Positions 37,921 to 51,641 of a stretch of 64,000 nt of DNA are shown here, in pieces. The DNA lies in the NCBI RefSeq assembly GCF_001194135.2, contig NC_068983.1, positions 93,926,515 through 93,990,514 of the forward strand. The letters are read 5' to 3'. The notes under the pieces were generated by a model. It was not told where the DNA came from. It did no database searches and saw only the letters and a program-made list of their open reading frames with translations. The position numbers were made by a program, and so were the translations under genes. Within the stretch, counting starts at the first letter, position 1. The number at the start of each line of letters is the position of its first letter. Origin of the DNA: Octopus bimaculoides. Taxonomy: Eukaryota.

Positions 37921-39086
37921 TATGTGAGGTTAGATGACCTAATGGTTAAGATGTTACACTTCATTTCACATTGCTCTGCAATCCCTGCAACATCTGATGT
38001 TTGGTATACTATGTACCAGTAAAGGCAATGTCAGTTTGATGGAAGGAGTGAGTTCGTGTACAGCAAAAACATTTGACCACTATAAACAAATCATCAGTGT
38101 AGGTTGTATAGCAAGAAATTGTGAAATCATCTTTCTCAAACTTTGGAGATGACCAACATATACTATAAACTATAAGTACAATATAACCAAATGGCTAAGA
38201 AGTTTGATCCCACTGTGTGGCTGTGAAGTTTGAGCCTTTGGTCAATCTGCACCTTGTGTGTGAATTTAAGTAGATGGAAACTGTATAGGAATCTGTTGAA
38301 TGAATTGCGCTTCTAATTTAAAAAGTGCAGACTGACGTGCTGATTCTGCTTAAGAATTATTTTAAGGATTCACATACTCAGCCACTTGCATGTTGATTCA
38401 GTTGATTGAGCAATTGAATCCTTGTCGCTAAACAATGGAGACCACCACAACTGTTATAGATTGTCAAAAAATATGCAATGAAATTTAGTCAGTATCTAGA
38501 TCAGGGATCTGTAACAATATTTTTGAAGATTTTATAGCATTAAGGTAGTGCTCCAGCATGGTTGCAATCAAATGACTGAAACATGTGAAAGAATGAAATA
38601 TAATATTTCACAAAATAAAAGAAAAATGAATATAAGAACTTACAGCTACAGGACTCTCTCAGTGTGTCTTTCTCTCTCTCTACCAGTCTTTCCCCCCCCC
38701 CTCTCTCTCTCTCTATCTATCTATCTATCTCTCTACCGACCAATCTTTTCTTTCTCTCTTTCTCAGTCAAGACGAGATTGTATGTTCCATTATACATAGA
38801 GCAATACTGCACGGTAGTGAATCATAGGTATTGAATGCAGAGGCAGGAGAGATGTGAAGCATGCATGCTTCACTGGATGTGTAATGTTAGTGTGCATGAA
38901 TGCTGAAGCACAAATGAACTGAGAGAAAAACTGGGTATAAAAGGAATCAAATGTGGTACACAAGAGAGAAGTCTGTGTTTGTGCATTCATGTGCAAAAGC
39001 AAGAAACTCAGAGTAGTGATGGAGTGAATCATCAGCTTCAGACAAATATATGCTTGTATGTATGAGTGTGAGTATGTGTGTGTGTA

Positions 39087-39494
39087 TATCATCATCATCA
39101 TTTTAACGAAGCTTATTGAAGTAGATTTTCTATGACCAGATGTTGGATGCTCTTCCTGTCACCAACCCCAACTCATTTCCAAGTAAGATAATGCTTCATG
39201 GCCAGACATGTTTTTTTCACAGAATATTAGAAATGAATGACCCTTTTTGTATAACAATGACACTCGTATACAATTATCACGTGATGTCAAGACAAGGAAA
39301 CACAAATATCACACATACATATCATCATCATCATTTAACGTCCTTTTTCCATGCTGGCATGGATTGGACGGCTGGACAGGAACTGGCAAGGCCAGGGGTT
39401 GCACCAGGTTCCATAGTCTGTTTTAACTTGTTTTTTACAACTGGATGCCTTTCCTAATGCCAACTATTCCACAGAGTGTACTGTGTGCTCTCTT

Positions 39495-39556
<62 letters not shown>

Positions 39557-39718
39557 CATGCACACATACTGGGCTTCTTTCAATTTCCATCTACCAAATC
39601 CACTCACAAGGCTTTTGTTGGCCCAGGGTTATAGTAGGAGACACCCTCCTAAGGTTTCACACTGTGAGACTGAACCTAAAACCTCGTGGTTTGAAAACAA
39701 AGAAAACATAGCCATATT
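39087..39718 (-). mobile_element. Stack of three minus-strand SINE pieces (family D 39087-39310, family C 39323-39485, family A 39571-39718)
   Basis: Diagnostic motifs gattttctatgaccagatg; tttccatgctggcatggattgg; gggcttctttcaatttccatctaccaaatccactcac. Confidence 0.65.
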
Positions 39719-40064
39719 ATGTCATACGTGTTTGTGTGTGTAAAGACTAAAACTAAATATATTTAAAAACAACTCACAAAAAGCAAAGTACAATAAGTTA
39801 TTAGCCTAAAACTGAAAACAAGACTAGAGTGTCTTAATGTTTGACAGGATCCAATTAGCTGAATGACTGTGTTGAGCTCCAGTGTCTGCTTTGGCATGAT
39901 TTCTACAGCTGGCATTTCCTAACACCAACCACTTTACAGAGTGTACAGTGTGCATTTTTCAGGGTACCAACACTAGTAAGATTGCCAAATAACTTGTGAG
40001 ACAAAGAAACAAAAAGCACCCTTAACTGTGTGAGGGTACTGTAGAGAAAGAGTTGACTTTATGC

Positions 40065-40400
40065 TAGAAGTTGAGAAGCTACCTCTTCTATATATTGAAC
40101 AGAACCATTTCCCTGAAGGGATTAGTAATTTGTCTTCTTTCCTGCTCACTAGTACTTTGGTCTTTACTAAATTAACTCTAAGGACAGCCAGTCTTAAATT
40201 CTTCAGTTATGGCCTGCAGAACTATGATAAACAAGAGGGGGCTGAAAACCAATCCAAGATGTACTTCTACCTGCATACTAAATTCATCAGTGTATTCAAT
40301 ATCAATTTTTGCTTTACTGACAGCATCCCTAAACATAACTTGGATGGCTCTCACCAATCACTCATCTTCTTCTAGCTTTCATATTGACCACCAGATGAGT
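40065..40400 (-). mobile_element. RTE-type reverse transcriptase fragment
   Basis: Reads E*LVRAIQVMFRDAVSK...FSMQVEVHLGLVFSPLLFIIVLQAITEEFKTGCP joined to VNLVKTKVLV; homologous to 49860-50160. Confidence 0.75.
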
Positions 40401-40580
40401 GACCAGTTATATGCCATAATCAGAAATATACTACACAACAAGATATATATATATATATAAAGTCATAAATGACAGAGAAATAGTTTGATGAAATTTTATC
40501 TAACAATAAGAAACACTTAATATCACGAAAAATTGTCTCATAACTTAAAAACGTGTAAATAATTTATATTATTATATTTA

Positions 40581-40960
40581 ATAACAAGAGCACTCAGAGA
40601 GCACAAACCTCTGCCAAAACAACACCAACATCCTCTCAACAATTAGCCAGAGATGATTTTTAAAATGAGAATATTTGAAATAAACTCAACTGTTCTCACA
40701 AACGAGAATACTAAAAATGAGCCCAACCACTCTCAAAAATTAAGTATAAAAGACCTGAAAAATAATCCAGAATCCTTGTCTGGTACTGGATCGATCCCAA
40801 AAATCTAATCAGTTCATGCCAGCCACGAGGCCAAACATCCTTGCAAGTTTCAACTGAATCCATTCAGTGGTTCTTGAGATATCTCGTCCACGGACAAACA
40901 AACAAATGAATTAACACAACTGAAAACAATACCTCCACTTTTGCTAAGGTGGAGGTAATA
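40581..40960 (+). mobile_element. Helentron/HINE-like non-autonomous element
   Basis: 5' ataacaagagcactcagagagcacaaacctctgcc and 3' hairpin tacctccac..gtggaggta, with a subterminal inverted motif and an internal (ACAA)n. Confidence 0.5.
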
Positions 40961-41264
40961 AATAAATAAATTACATGTCTGCATTAATACAAAATACAAA
41001 ACATCCTTCAAAATAAAGCAGAATTTAAGCTACATCCTCAGGTGAAAGAAAGTCTATGTTAAATACTAAATTCTTGGCGTAATGTTATTGTCATGATATT
41101 AGAATTTTTTTATTTTTAGATAAAATTTCTGTCATTTATAACTTACTGATTTTTCTTGTATTGTACTGTATATTCCATATGTTTTATAGAATCGTACATT
41201 AAGGAGCTTTCTTTATGAGTACTACCAGATTACTTGAACCCATATATTATGACACATATGTATG

Positions 41265-41298
<34 letters not shown>

Positions 41299-41628
41299 CG
41301 TACATACATACGTACGTTTGTGTGTGTAACATGATGTGATACAGAACAATACATACTTTTTTGTTCCTCACATTTTTTTTTTATACCTTTAAACTTCCTT
41401 CTGTCAACCTAACTTTCTGAAAAAGAGCTTAAACTTAAAACAGCAAAAATATTTCCACCTTTTTAATTCTTCATTCAACATCAAACTACTAATTACACTT
41501 TTTCACTGTATATTCTGTGTTGTAATTTTCATAAAGTTTGAACACACATACAGACACCCAAACATACACACATACGTATGTATATGTGTAAGTATGGAGT
41601 GAGGAAAAATATACATTTATATGCATAC

Positions 41629-41659
<31 letters not shown>

Positions 41660-41944
41660 TGTATGTATGTATGTATGTATGAATGAATGTATTTATATGT
41701 AGGAAGTGAGAAAAAACATATATCTATATACATGCATACATATATATATATATGTGTGTGTGTGTATGTGTGTGTACACACACACACACATACACACACA
41801 CACATACATATGTATATATATATATATATATAATATAATATAGGATAAATTCTTTATAAGAATTTATCAAGTAGTCAGCGTGAAAAAACCTCAAAATGAA
41901 AAAAAAACGAAAAATTTCGTAATGAAAAAATTCATCATTTCTTC

Positions 41945-42000
<56 letters not shown>

Positions 42001-42967
42001 GGTTATGTGAGGTAGATAGGGGTGATATTTTTGTATACTTTTGAGTTCGTATATACCTGGTTATCAATCTTTGTTAAAACAAACAAACAAGAATAATAGT
42101 AAAAAATAGATTAATCAAATTTGTATTTGGAGATATTTCAACACTCACTTTTTCACCCTTTTTTTTTAAATTCAATTTTTTTGCTAATTCTAAGAATAAT
42201 TCTTGCTTTTTATTTCTGAAACACCAAAATAAGAAATAATTGATTAATTACCACCATAAAATCCATGCCTAAACCTTGGTAACTAATTTATGTAACAATT
42301 ATTTTTTAACTAAATATACACTAAGCAAAGAGATTTCGCTGATGTTATTCATATTATTTTTGTGAATGATGTTTTTATTAGACAGAGCTTGAGAAAGAGA
42401 TTGTTGAAAATGTTCAAAGCTCCACCCACTCCCTGGATACAGAATGAATATACGTAGAACATGATTTCCATAAATTCTGTCTTGAAAATAAATATTTCAT
42501 CATTGATTTTCCTGTCAAAAAAATGTATCTACTATTAATGACGATGATGATAATAAAAGCAAGAATAATATAATTAATTGTTATAATAATGATTTCTCTT
42601 ACTTGGCACAATAGTGTCGGATACATACTCTCTATATATATATATGTGTGTGTGCGCGTGTGTGTGTGTGTGTGTGTATAGAGAGAGAGAAAGAGAGAGA
42701 GTGAGACAGAGAGAGAAAGACACATACACACATGCATACATACCATCTATCTACTTTAACTGCTTACCTACCCATTTACATACTGTACATAGACATGTAC
42801 GTACAGTTTGTGTGAAATTCAGTTCAAATAATTTGGTGTTATAACTATATCATCATTATCACCATCACCATTACCATCATCACCATCATCATCATTTTCA
42901 CCCTTTAACATCTAGCATGGAACATGGATGTTAAAGGATAATGATGGTATATATGTAAATATGTGGT

Positions 42968-43111
<144 letters not shown>

Positions 43112-43608
43112 TGTATATTAATTGAGTGAAAAAGAGAAAGAATGATGAGATGAGATTATTACAGTATAAATACTGAGACTGGTGAGGTTTTTCACAGAAT
43201 CAATTATGAATAACTCTGCATAGAAAACAATTTACAAATGAAATGAAATTAGTCATTCCAATCAGGAGATTGCTACCAAAGACCAGTCAAGAAACTTCAC
43301 AGATCTAAGATTACTCTTATTCCCAAGAGCAAAGGCTTTCTTGCAATTGTGTTCTCAGCCTACAGGTGCATGACAAAAGTAGGTTCATTCACATGGCCTA
43401 TTCTTATCATTCATCCATCTTTCAGCAAATTTGCTGGTTGTCAGCACCTTGCTCTGTACCCCTGCCACCCTTTCCAAATGAAACTTGAAGAAGTTGAGAG
43501 TTTGGTCAAAGAGGAAAGTGTCTGTTCTTAGTTTGCTTCAATTTTACGTACTCTACTAATACCTTTGTCAAAACCATCAAGCAGAGGAAATTTTCTTGGC
43601 CTTCCAGA

Positions 43609-43813
43609 TTATCCATTTAGCATTCAGATTACTCTGTTAGATGTAATGCATATTTATTCATTATCTTGTAACTTCAAGATATTGATGATGTAATTGTTTA
43701 TCTTTAGAATCACATTGTAGGATATGAGTGAGAGGCTGGATCTGGCCAGTCTGAACATAAAATAGGTAGAATATTTAGGCCATATCTGGCTGGTTTAAAT
43801 ACTAAAGGGTTAA
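43609..43813. mobile_element. piggyBac-like MITE
   Basis: ttat-ccatttagcattca ... ttaaatactaaaggg-ttaa; same family as 50344-50542. Confidence 0.65.
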
Positions 43814-43849
43814 AGAATGCAATTGGACAAACCTTATAGTGGACTAGAG

Positions 43850-45520
43850 TAAAAGTCTGATCTACCCTACACCAGACAAAAGTTATTTGGTGGAACTCCA
43901 CAAGTCAGCAATGCTCTGAATGTATGCAAAATGTTTTCATTATTTTGCACTCATCGTGGACAGGCATGGCTAACAGTATTCCTTCAATAGAGATTAGGCC
44001 AATTTTTTTTGGTGTATGGTTACAGATTTCACTGCTGTTATTGTTTACATCTTTGTGGGTATTTCTTCCGTTGTTTTTGCTGTGATTGTTGTTTTGTTCA
44101 TAGGTTTTACTTATATTGGTTTTATTTTTGTGGTCGTGGGCTTAGTTCTTGTCATTGTTTTGGTGGATTAGTTTACAGGTTTTCCAATGTTTCATCAAAC
44201 CATTTGGCTTTCAGCATTAAGTGACTGTTGTTTTGGGAGGATTTTTCCTTCCTCTTTTTTGCCTTACCATGAGGACTTTTTTATCATGGTCCCTTCTGCT
44301 CATCTTTGTCATTTGACAGAGTGTCAGTGGGAGACAAGTCAGAAGTAGAGAAGAGCAACATCATCATCATCATCATCCATTAACATTCATTGTCCATGCT
44401 GGCATGGGTTGGATAGTTTGACCACAGCTGGCAAGCAGGAGAGCTGCACCAGGTTCCAGTTTGATTTAGCTTGATGACCTTCTTAATGCCTCTGGATGCC
44501 CTTCCTAATGCATCTGGATGCCCTTCCTAATGCCAACCACTTTACAGAGTGTACTTATGCATATTTCTATGTCATTTTTGTCTGTATAATTTGAGTTCAT
44601 GTTTTTTTTTTATATTTGTGTTGTTTGTGTTTTTATTTCTATTTATGGAGAGTTGATGTTTATGGGATGTCCTGTTACTTGATGGTGATACTGACTGATG
44701 TCAACAGTCCCTCATAATGTTGTTGTGGTACTTGTGGTCATTACTGTAATTGCTGCTTCTGCTGATGTTATTGTTGTGGCTGCAGTACAAATTCATGTTG
44801 TCTTTGTTTCTATTGTAAGCAGGCAACCTTCAGATGGTTGGTGCTGCCACATGAACCTTCAACTCTCCACCATAATATACAGTTATACTGTTGGTTGGGA
44901 GGCCTATGTATATGTGGCTCTTTCTACTGATTAGCCCTAGACTGCCATACACTGGTACATTGCCATTTTCATAATCTTCTCTTCCAAGAGTCTTGTCTCT
45001 CCATATGAGTCTTTTGGTTTTTATCAGATCTGACCAATTGTTTTTCAGAGGAACCTGTTCAACTCTTCTTTTCATTTGTGGAGGAGCCAACCTTGGATCC
45101 AGTACTAATGTAGTAACTGCTGTTCATGCTGATGCTGCTACTGCTGTTGCTACCGCTTACTATGGTAGATATAGGGGTGATATTGAAAATGTTGGTGTTA
45201 GATGAAATTGCACTTTCCACTCCTTCTGGCTTCTCTACAATCTGTAGCCAAGAACCTTGTTTCTACTGATGATGGTGGCAGTGGTAGTGAAGATGCATTT
45301 ATTACTGTTGTTGTTGGTATTGGATGTATTATTATTGTTATTATTTTTACAACCATTTTGAGGGGTAATGATTTTCCTCATTGAACTTTGAACTGGAGGG
45401 GGTAAATCATTAATAGTGAGAATGGATGGGAGGTCCTCATTTACTTCTTTATGTAACTGTTGGCCTATCATATCCTTCTATCTGTTAGGTGATACTACTT
45501 TGTGAAATTATTATTTAGAA
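43850..45520 (-). pseudogene. Decayed Gln/Asn/Ser-rich coding-like segment with a partial CCHC zinc knuckle (possible retroelement ORF1/gag remnant)
   Basis: CGSTNHLKVAC (C-x4-H-x4-C) at 44819-44851 followed by Q-rich codons with scattered TAA/TAG/TGA. Strong strand asymmetry; interrupted by a SINE at 44357-44555. Confidence 0.35.
44357..44555 (-). mobile_element. Family C SINE with an internal 22-bp tandem triplication
   Basis: (CAT)n tail; ctggatgcccttcctaatgc repeated at 44481-44535. Confidence 0.75.
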
Positions 45521-45921
45521 ACATTTGTAATTGGTTGTTGTTTTTCATTTGTTTGGTTGTTTGTTTTGTTTTATTATGATTATTATGACCCCACCCCGCC
45601 CCCATATGGTCCTAACAAAATGGAATGACTGGTCTTTGTTTATAGTCATATCAACAACAAAATAATACAAAACTCTTAATAGCGAAATGAACAATAATTC
45701 TTTACAAATATACAAAATGAAGTGAGACACAACTAACAATAACGGTAAAAAGTAATGATGATGCTGATTGCCAACATTGGTGTAAGTCCACACATCTTGG
45801 GGGAGGGTATAACCATCACCAATGACTTTGAATAGAAACAATATGTAAATTTTGTTATATATTTCCTACCTTTCTCCCACTTTCCCACCTGCCCTGTCTC
45901 TGTTCTCTGTCCCTCTCTGTA

Positions 45922-45961
<40 letters not shown>

Positions 45962-46399
45962 CAACAAATAAAAGAATATATTTTACTAAAGAAATCTTTG
46001 AATATTAAAGTGTAATTAAATTATGTATAAGCATTCATAATATAAACAAAAATCAATAATCAGGCATGTACACACTCACACACACACACACATTCATACA
46101 TATATAAATACATATGTACACACATTCACATTTGCAAAACATAAGAAAAACTTACATATACATTTATACATCATAACACATATTCATATTATTATTTTAC
46201 AAACATTCCACCCTACAAGACATTCTCTTCATCTGTTGATAACTAGAAATCACACTAGTTTCAGCACCTTCTCATATTATCAGCTTTAATACCACCAGTG
46301 AACGTGCAAGTTCTTTTGGCCTACATCATAGACTACATTTTTCATGGATAAGCAGCAACTACTTAACAATTGCTTAGTTTTATTTCTTACTGAGCATTT

Positions 46400-46710
46400 A
46401 TTCTTTGTCCTTAGCTTTGGTCTTCTTTCCATATGCCATATTCATGCTGGAACATTCTTCACTTCCTTCTGCAGTTAGCAAATCACTGCGCTCTACTATC
46501 TCTCCCAAGTCCAGTGCTAAGTTGGATATTATGGATCTAGCTACAAATCCATAACATCCTACCTCTACAGGAAGTATCACATTGTGCTATCTCTATGCAT
46601 CACATGACTTCCTGAGTTTCTTGTATTTTAAGCTCCTATTTTCATGCGTCTCCTCCCATATCACCTTCCTAAAATGATATAGTTCCTCCAATTAGGATTT
46701 TTTCTCTTTT
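46400..46710 (-). mobile_element. RLE-type (NeSL/HERO-like) LINE 3' fragment
   Basis: IWEETHENRSLKYKKL...ILPVEVGCYGFVARS...EGSEECSS, matching the C-terminal PVEVGCRGF motif region. Confidence 0.7.
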
Positions 46711-46989
46711 ATTAGGCCTGACTGTACAATAAAGTCTGAAGGGAAGTACTGCTTTATAAACTCAGTGTGTATGTGTGTGAGTTGTGTATATGTATGTAAA
46801 TGTGTGTGAGTGTGTATATGTAAATATAGAGATAGACAAATGGACAGACAGATAAAACTCTCAGGTGACTTTAGTATAACTTGTCAAGTTTGTCTTAAGG
46901 CTTACAAAGTCTAGACAGGTTTTTCTACTCATTCATTCAGATACATATATCCATGGCCTTATACATACATACATACATACATACATACA

Positions 46990-47909
46990 TTGGGTCATCC
47001 CATAAATAATATGGTTTTTTCATACTTCTTTTATTTTTCAAAGTTAAGATAAACAAAGTTCTTTTTTAATCTAAAATACACTCATCATTTTCTACAACGC
47101 TTTTCCATCTATCTGGTAGACTTCCAAGGCCCTTCTTCCAAAATTCACTTGTCCGTGATGAAAAATACTCCCCCAGTACTGTTCTGACTTCGTCTACAGA
47201 ATTCATATTTTTTTTCATCAAAATGATTTTGAAGACTGCAAGATAAATGATAATCAGATAGGGCAATATTGGGTGAATATGGTGGGTGAAGCATCATTTC
47301 CCATTCAAACTGCTCTGGTCTTTGGAATGTCATCCTTGTTGTATGTGGCCTGGCATTATCCTGATGGAAGAACACTTTTCATTTTGAAACCAAAGATGGT
47401 CATTTTTCTTCTAGCAATGACTTGAAAGGTTGAATGACCAAATCCAAGCTTCTCTGTTAATTCCTCAACAGTTACAATGGGATTTTGTTCCACCTGGGTT
47501 TGCAGGACATCTTCGTCAAGCTCTACTGATCTTCCAGGATGAGGCTCATCTTCTAGGCTGTAGTTTCGAGCTCAGAATTTCTGGAACCAACATTGACACT
47601 GGCTTATGCTTATTGTCCAATCCCCATATACTGCATTAATATTCCTTGCACTTTCTGCTGTGTTATTGCTTTTATTGAACTCATAAAGCAAAATATGGCG
47701 AATATGCTCTTTTGTCACTTCCAATATAGCTTTGAAACAAATAACTGTTAAAATCAAACTGCACTCTTCAAAACTTGCACTAAGAATAAGTACAAGGTAA
47801 AATTACAACCTGCTTTTATAGCAAGTTGATGCAGGTAGTTTATCCTTTCCCCCTCCGACTTTTAGTTCATGCAATTGAAAAAAATCACATTATTCATGGG
47901 ATGACCCAA
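46990..47909 (-). mobile_element. mariner (DD34D) element, internally deleted, 920 bp
   Basis: TIRs ttgggtcatcccataaataat / attattcatgggatgacccaa-ta. N-terminus EVTKEHIRHILLYEFNK; HQDNARPH...HPPYSPNIALSD with 34-residue spacing. Confidence 0.92.
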
Positions 47910-47961
47910 TACACACAAACACACACACACACACACACACATGTATACATGTATGTAATTA

Positions 47962-48017
<56 letters not shown>

Positions 48018-48084
48018 TGATGAAAACTCACAGCTTATTTTGCTGGGTATCATGAAAAGTGTCAGCTGTCCACAGCCAGCAGAC

Positions 48085-48340
48085 ACTTGTTTACTGGTCA
48101 TGCTTCAAGAACTCTGCAAAGAATTCTTGCAGTTCCAAGCAATGCTGATCTTTGTAGGTGTTCTACTTTTACATTTGTACCAATCTTTTTATGCCATGTT
48201 GGTGGTTGATGATTGATACTTCCAAGTGTGCCAATTACTACAGAAACACATCATGACTTTGTCTTTGGAGTTTCTAATAAAACACCTGGACACTGCTTTG
48301 CTAATTAGTCATTTTTGCCAGTTAATTTTTTATGCAGTTT
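48085..48340 (-). mobile_element. R4/Dong-like RLE LINE 3' end
   Basis: VVIGTLGSI...WHKKIGTNVKVEHLQRSALLGTARILCRVLEA* followed by an (AAT)n tail. Confidence 0.8.
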
Positions 48341-48376
48341 TTAATCTTGTTTAAAAACACCAACACTATATATAAT

Positions 48377-48960
48377 CATCATCATCATTTGGCATCTGCT
48401 TTCCATGATGGCATTGGTTAGATGGTTTGACTGGAACCAGTAGCTGGAGGGCTGCACCAAGTTCCAGTCTGGTTTGGCATGGTTTCTATGGCTGGATGCC
48501 CTTCCTAATGTCAATTATTCCAAGAGAGTAATAGGTGCTTTTTACATGCCACTAGCACGGGTGCTTTTATGTGCCACCAGCACAGGTGCCTGTTACATGA
48601 CACCAACATCAGCCAATTTTACTTGGCCTGATGAGTTTTCTCAAGCACAGCATATAGCCAAAGGTCTCAGTCACTTGTCATCACCTCTGTGAGGCCCAAA
48701 CATTCGAAGATCATGCTTCACCACCTATATATCACTGTCATCATCATCATCATCATCATCATTTTCCTTGCTTGCATGGCAATGCAAGAATGGAATTCAT
48801 TGAGGCAGATTTTCTATGGCCACATACCTTTCTTGTCACCATCCCTCACTTGACATGTCTGTATGGAAGACTGGAAATGTACAGTGCTTCCTGTATGGTG
48901 GTGGTTCCATATTTTAACTATGATGTGATGTTAAGACAAGAAGACATGAACACACGTACA
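48377..48960 (-). mobile_element. Family C (48377-48725) and family D (48745-48960) SINE pieces
   Basis: ctggatgcccttcctaatg, tgtgaggcccaaacattcgaag; attgaggcagattttctatggcc. Confidence 0.65.
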
Positions 48961-49029
48961 TGCACACATAGTCACAGACCAAATTTGTGACTGGTGCAAA
49001 GTTCCAGCCAAACCTATGATATATGATGG

Positions 49030-50170
49030 TGGAACAGTGAAGTAGGCAGTGTTATAAGAGCAAAGAAACAGGTATGGAAGGTCTAGAAGAGTGTGGGGTA
49101 GCAAAGAACTATACTGAGTTTCTAGAAGAGAAACTATGTGATAGATATATCTAGCTAGGGGAGAAGCAGAAAAGAAAAGTTTACCAAATGTTCTGCAGTG
49201 CGAGGGCCAGAGACATGAGGTGTTCCAGATTGCGAGGGTGGTGGTCAGAGAAAATCGTGTTCAAATGGATAATGATACACTTGCATTTAGTGACCCTGAA
49301 AAGAAAGAAGCATGGAAATGTCACTATGAAAGACTGCTAAATGTGGAGAATGCCTCAAAAAAGAGAGTCTTCATAATACGGACCCAATAGAGGGACCAGC
49401 TACTGAGTTGACAGCTGCATAATAGATACAGCAATTAAGGATATGAGGACAAGGAAAGCCCCTGGTCCATCAGGAATTACTGTCAAGAAGCTTAAAAATT
49501 TGGTGGAATGTGATATGACCTATTCACCCATATAGTTAATCAAGTCATCCAGGAAGTTCATACCCAATAACTGGTGTAGTGGCATCATAATCGATTACTG
49601 CAAAAGTAAAGGAGATACCATAGACAGAAGTAATTGCAGAGGTATGAAATTGTTGGACCTTGTCATGAAAATTACAGAAAGGGTCATAGCTCAAATAATT
49701 AGGAAGTGAGTTAACCTAGATGATATGAAGTTTAGTTTTTTGCCAGGGAGAAGTGCTAGCTAAAAATAAACCACTCACTTGGCATTTGTTGAAATGGAGA
49801 AAGCCTTTGACAGGATCCCTCACTCTCTCATATGGTGGTAGCTGTAGAAGCTGGGGGTAGATGAGTGGCTGGTGAGAGCCATCCCAGCTATGCACAAGAA
49901 TGCTGTTTGTAATGTGAAAGTCAGCAATGAGTATAATAACAAATTTAGTGTGCAGGTAGGAGTTCACCAAAGCTCAGTTCTCTTGTTTATCATAGTCCTC
50001 TAGGCCATAACAGAGGGATTTAAAACTGGTTGCCCATGGGAGCTTCTCTATGCTGATGACCTTGTTCTTATAGCTAAATCCAGAGTAGAATTAGAAAAGA
50101 AATTTCAGGTATGGAAGCAATGATCTTAAAGTTAATTTAGCAAAGACCAAAGTACTTGTGAGCAGAATAA
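49030..50170 (+). mobile_element. RTE-clade LINE ORF2 fragment (reverse transcriptase), multiply disrupted
   Basis: KKEAWKCHYERLLNVE, KAPGPSGIT, NCRGMKLL, LAFVEMEKAFDRIP, QVGVHQ and ELLYADDLVLIA. Confidence 0.9.
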
Positions 50171-50343
50171 CATAGACAAATACAGGTATATCAAATACCA
50201 TACAACCTAAATTCTTGACTTATTAAAATTATCTCCACCTCTAGAGGATATATCACAATTTCCAAATGGTATCTGAGAACCACTCCATATGAGAAGGGGA
50301 GATAAGCTCAGGAATGAAGAATTTCTCCAAAGTTGACACACCA

Positions 50344-50542
50344 TTAACCCTTTAGCATTCAGATTATTCTGTCAAAGGTAATACTTATTTATTAGCTTTG
50401 TTTTGAATTAATGATGCATTATTTCATAGCTCCAAGATTTCAATGATGTGACTGTTTTATTCTTAGAATGACATTGTAGGGTAGGTGAGTAAGGCTGGAT
50501 CATTTTGGCCAGATATGGTCAGTTTAAATTCTAAAAGGTTAA
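50344..50542. mobile_element. piggyBac-like MITE
   Basis: TTAA-ccctttagcatt ... aattctaaaagg-TTAA: CCCTTT-type ends with TTAA target duplication. Confidence 0.7.
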
Positions 50543-51122
50543 GGAAAAGAATAGGCTTATTGTCTGCAGATAAAAGGACAATTGTAAGAGAAGGCAGTAC
50601 CTATAGGTTTGTGAGTATGACATTAGGGAAATTGCTGTAACAGGATATAGAATTAGTTTTAATATCATGTAGAATATTCCTATTGTTTTATTTCCTCTAT
50701 TTTGATAGAGATTAAAAATTATATTTCGTTGTTTCTGTGATTTTATAAATATATTTTTTTTAAAAATAAAGCAACCAAATATTATGGTATAAATATTAAA
50801 TTTTAATAAAGATGTTTAAAGAAATATTTTGCATGTAATCATTGTAATTCGCATCATGATAGTCATTAGAGTAATAACCATTTTAATTTGTTTTTGTTTT
50901 TCTAAATTTTTTGTTGTTGCTTTCCCATCCAAATTAAAATTATGATCCCATTAATTAGTCATCCTTGTACAGAATTTCATCATCGTTTTACCATAACTCA
51001 TTGATTTCTGCACAAGTTAAGAAAACACAACACGGAAACCATATTCAATCTTTTCATCCAACCATTCTCACAACTCTCCTCTATCTTTCATTATCTCTCT
51101 TTCCTCCCCTCTCTCTCTACAA

Positions 51123-51172
<50 letters not shown>

Positions 51173-51355
51173 ATATATTCCTATCTATTACTCTCGCTCT
51201 TTCTCTCTTTTTCATTCACTCCATTTGTCTCACTGTTCCTTTGTTTTCTTATTCTTTCTTTCTCTCTTCCACTTAATCTCCCAGGATCTCTCTCCCTCTT
51301 TCCCTTAGAATATCTCTTTCTGTTTCCTCTCTCAATCACTCCCCCTCTCACTGTC

Positions 51356-51415
<60 letters not shown>

Positions 51416-51578
51416 ATGGAAATAAAGTCAAATTTTAACATTTTAAAAATTAGTTTGCTAATGATAGCTACTTGATTATGTATTTCTGTTTTAATTAATT
51501 AATTAGATTCTTTTTGGATATCTCTAAATTTAACAGTGAATGACCAATGTAAGGATTTCTACATATTTCCATGGTGTG

Positions 51579-51641
<63 letters not shown>

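Noticed and set aside
42380-42472. Plus-strand exon candidate SLRKRLLKMFKAPPTPWIQNEY as partner of the 33858 exon
   Set aside because: Weak donor (ac|gtagaa), no recognisable motif, and phase match is expected by chance.
44830-45090. 86-aa ORF as a stand-alone gene
   Set aside because: Starts at TTG, has no splice or promoter support, and lies within the decayed multi-frame segment reported above.
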